A stretch of DNA of 63,382 nt, filler included, from Rhabdomonas costata (Eukaryota): assembly GCA_019059605.1 (NCBI GenBank). It is 40 parts of 40 records of this genome, joined end to end, with 100 filler letters (N's around TTAATTAATTAA, not from the genome) between each part and the next. Parts side by side here need not be neighbours in the genome. Positions count along the whole stretch, not along the records: positions 61,897 to 63,382 come from JAHMHO010014731.1; 39 more parts are not named here. One strand, given 5' to 3'. The notes beneath the pieces were generated by a model, which made no database searches, had not been told where the DNA came from, and was given only the letters and a program-made list of their open reading frames with translations. A program made the position numbers and the translations under genes. This document shows positions 63,164-63,382 of this stretch, piece by piece; position 1 is the stretch's first letter; each line of letters starts with the position of its first letter.

Positions 63164-63382
63164 ACATACAGAGCACCCGCACACACTTTTCACATCACAC
63201 CACCCTCATGGATGCACACCCTGGTCGTTATGGCAGATACCCCACAAGGCAAGAATGAGGAATGAAGCGTCTTCTTAGCTAGCGCGTACTCCTTGCACTC
63301 ACGCATAGCACCCACATCAACTCAAATCCACAGCCCGGGCACCCCAGGCTCCCAGGGCCCCTCCCCCTCCGTCACCACCACC

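Noticed and set aside
62331-63182. 283-aa minus-strand ORF
   Set aside because: Mostly intron-like low-complexity sequence; only its first ~35 codons look exonic.

Overview
This window is not one locus. It is 40 unrelated contigs of about 1.48-1.49 kb, joined by 39 artificial 100-bp spacers (N44-TTAATTAATTAA-N44), so nothing can be inferred across a spacer. The DNA is from an intron-rich eukaryote with short exons. Articulin-type VPV repeats, frequent GC-type donors and one candidate non-conventional intron point to a euglenid (inference). G/T-only contig starts, C/A-only contig ends and terminal fold-backs indicate whole-genome amplification with G/T-only primers. Manual exon splicing recovers gene fragments that the ORF track mostly misses: VPS53, a degenerate RNase III-like protein, pelota, an extended SDR, articulin, nucleoredoxin/tryparedoxin, TM9SF, kinesin, an FN3 protein, a Cache-TM sensor, a CaMKK-like kinase, a DAP/Orn decarboxylase, a GT23-like fucosyltransferase, DnaJ-C with a TM tail, a jacalin lectin, a papain protease, an ADP-ribosylglycohydrolase and a chitin-synthase-like C-terminus. 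Three contigs hold decayed Ty3/gypsy LTR-retrotransposon pieces. The most notable findings are a gypsy element with a trimeric dUTPase upstream of its protease (dUT-PR-RT-RH), a chitin-synthase-like gene, a candidate 54-nt structured non-GT-AG intron, and a catalytically degenerate RNase III. All family calls come from motif recognition by eye; no database searches were run.
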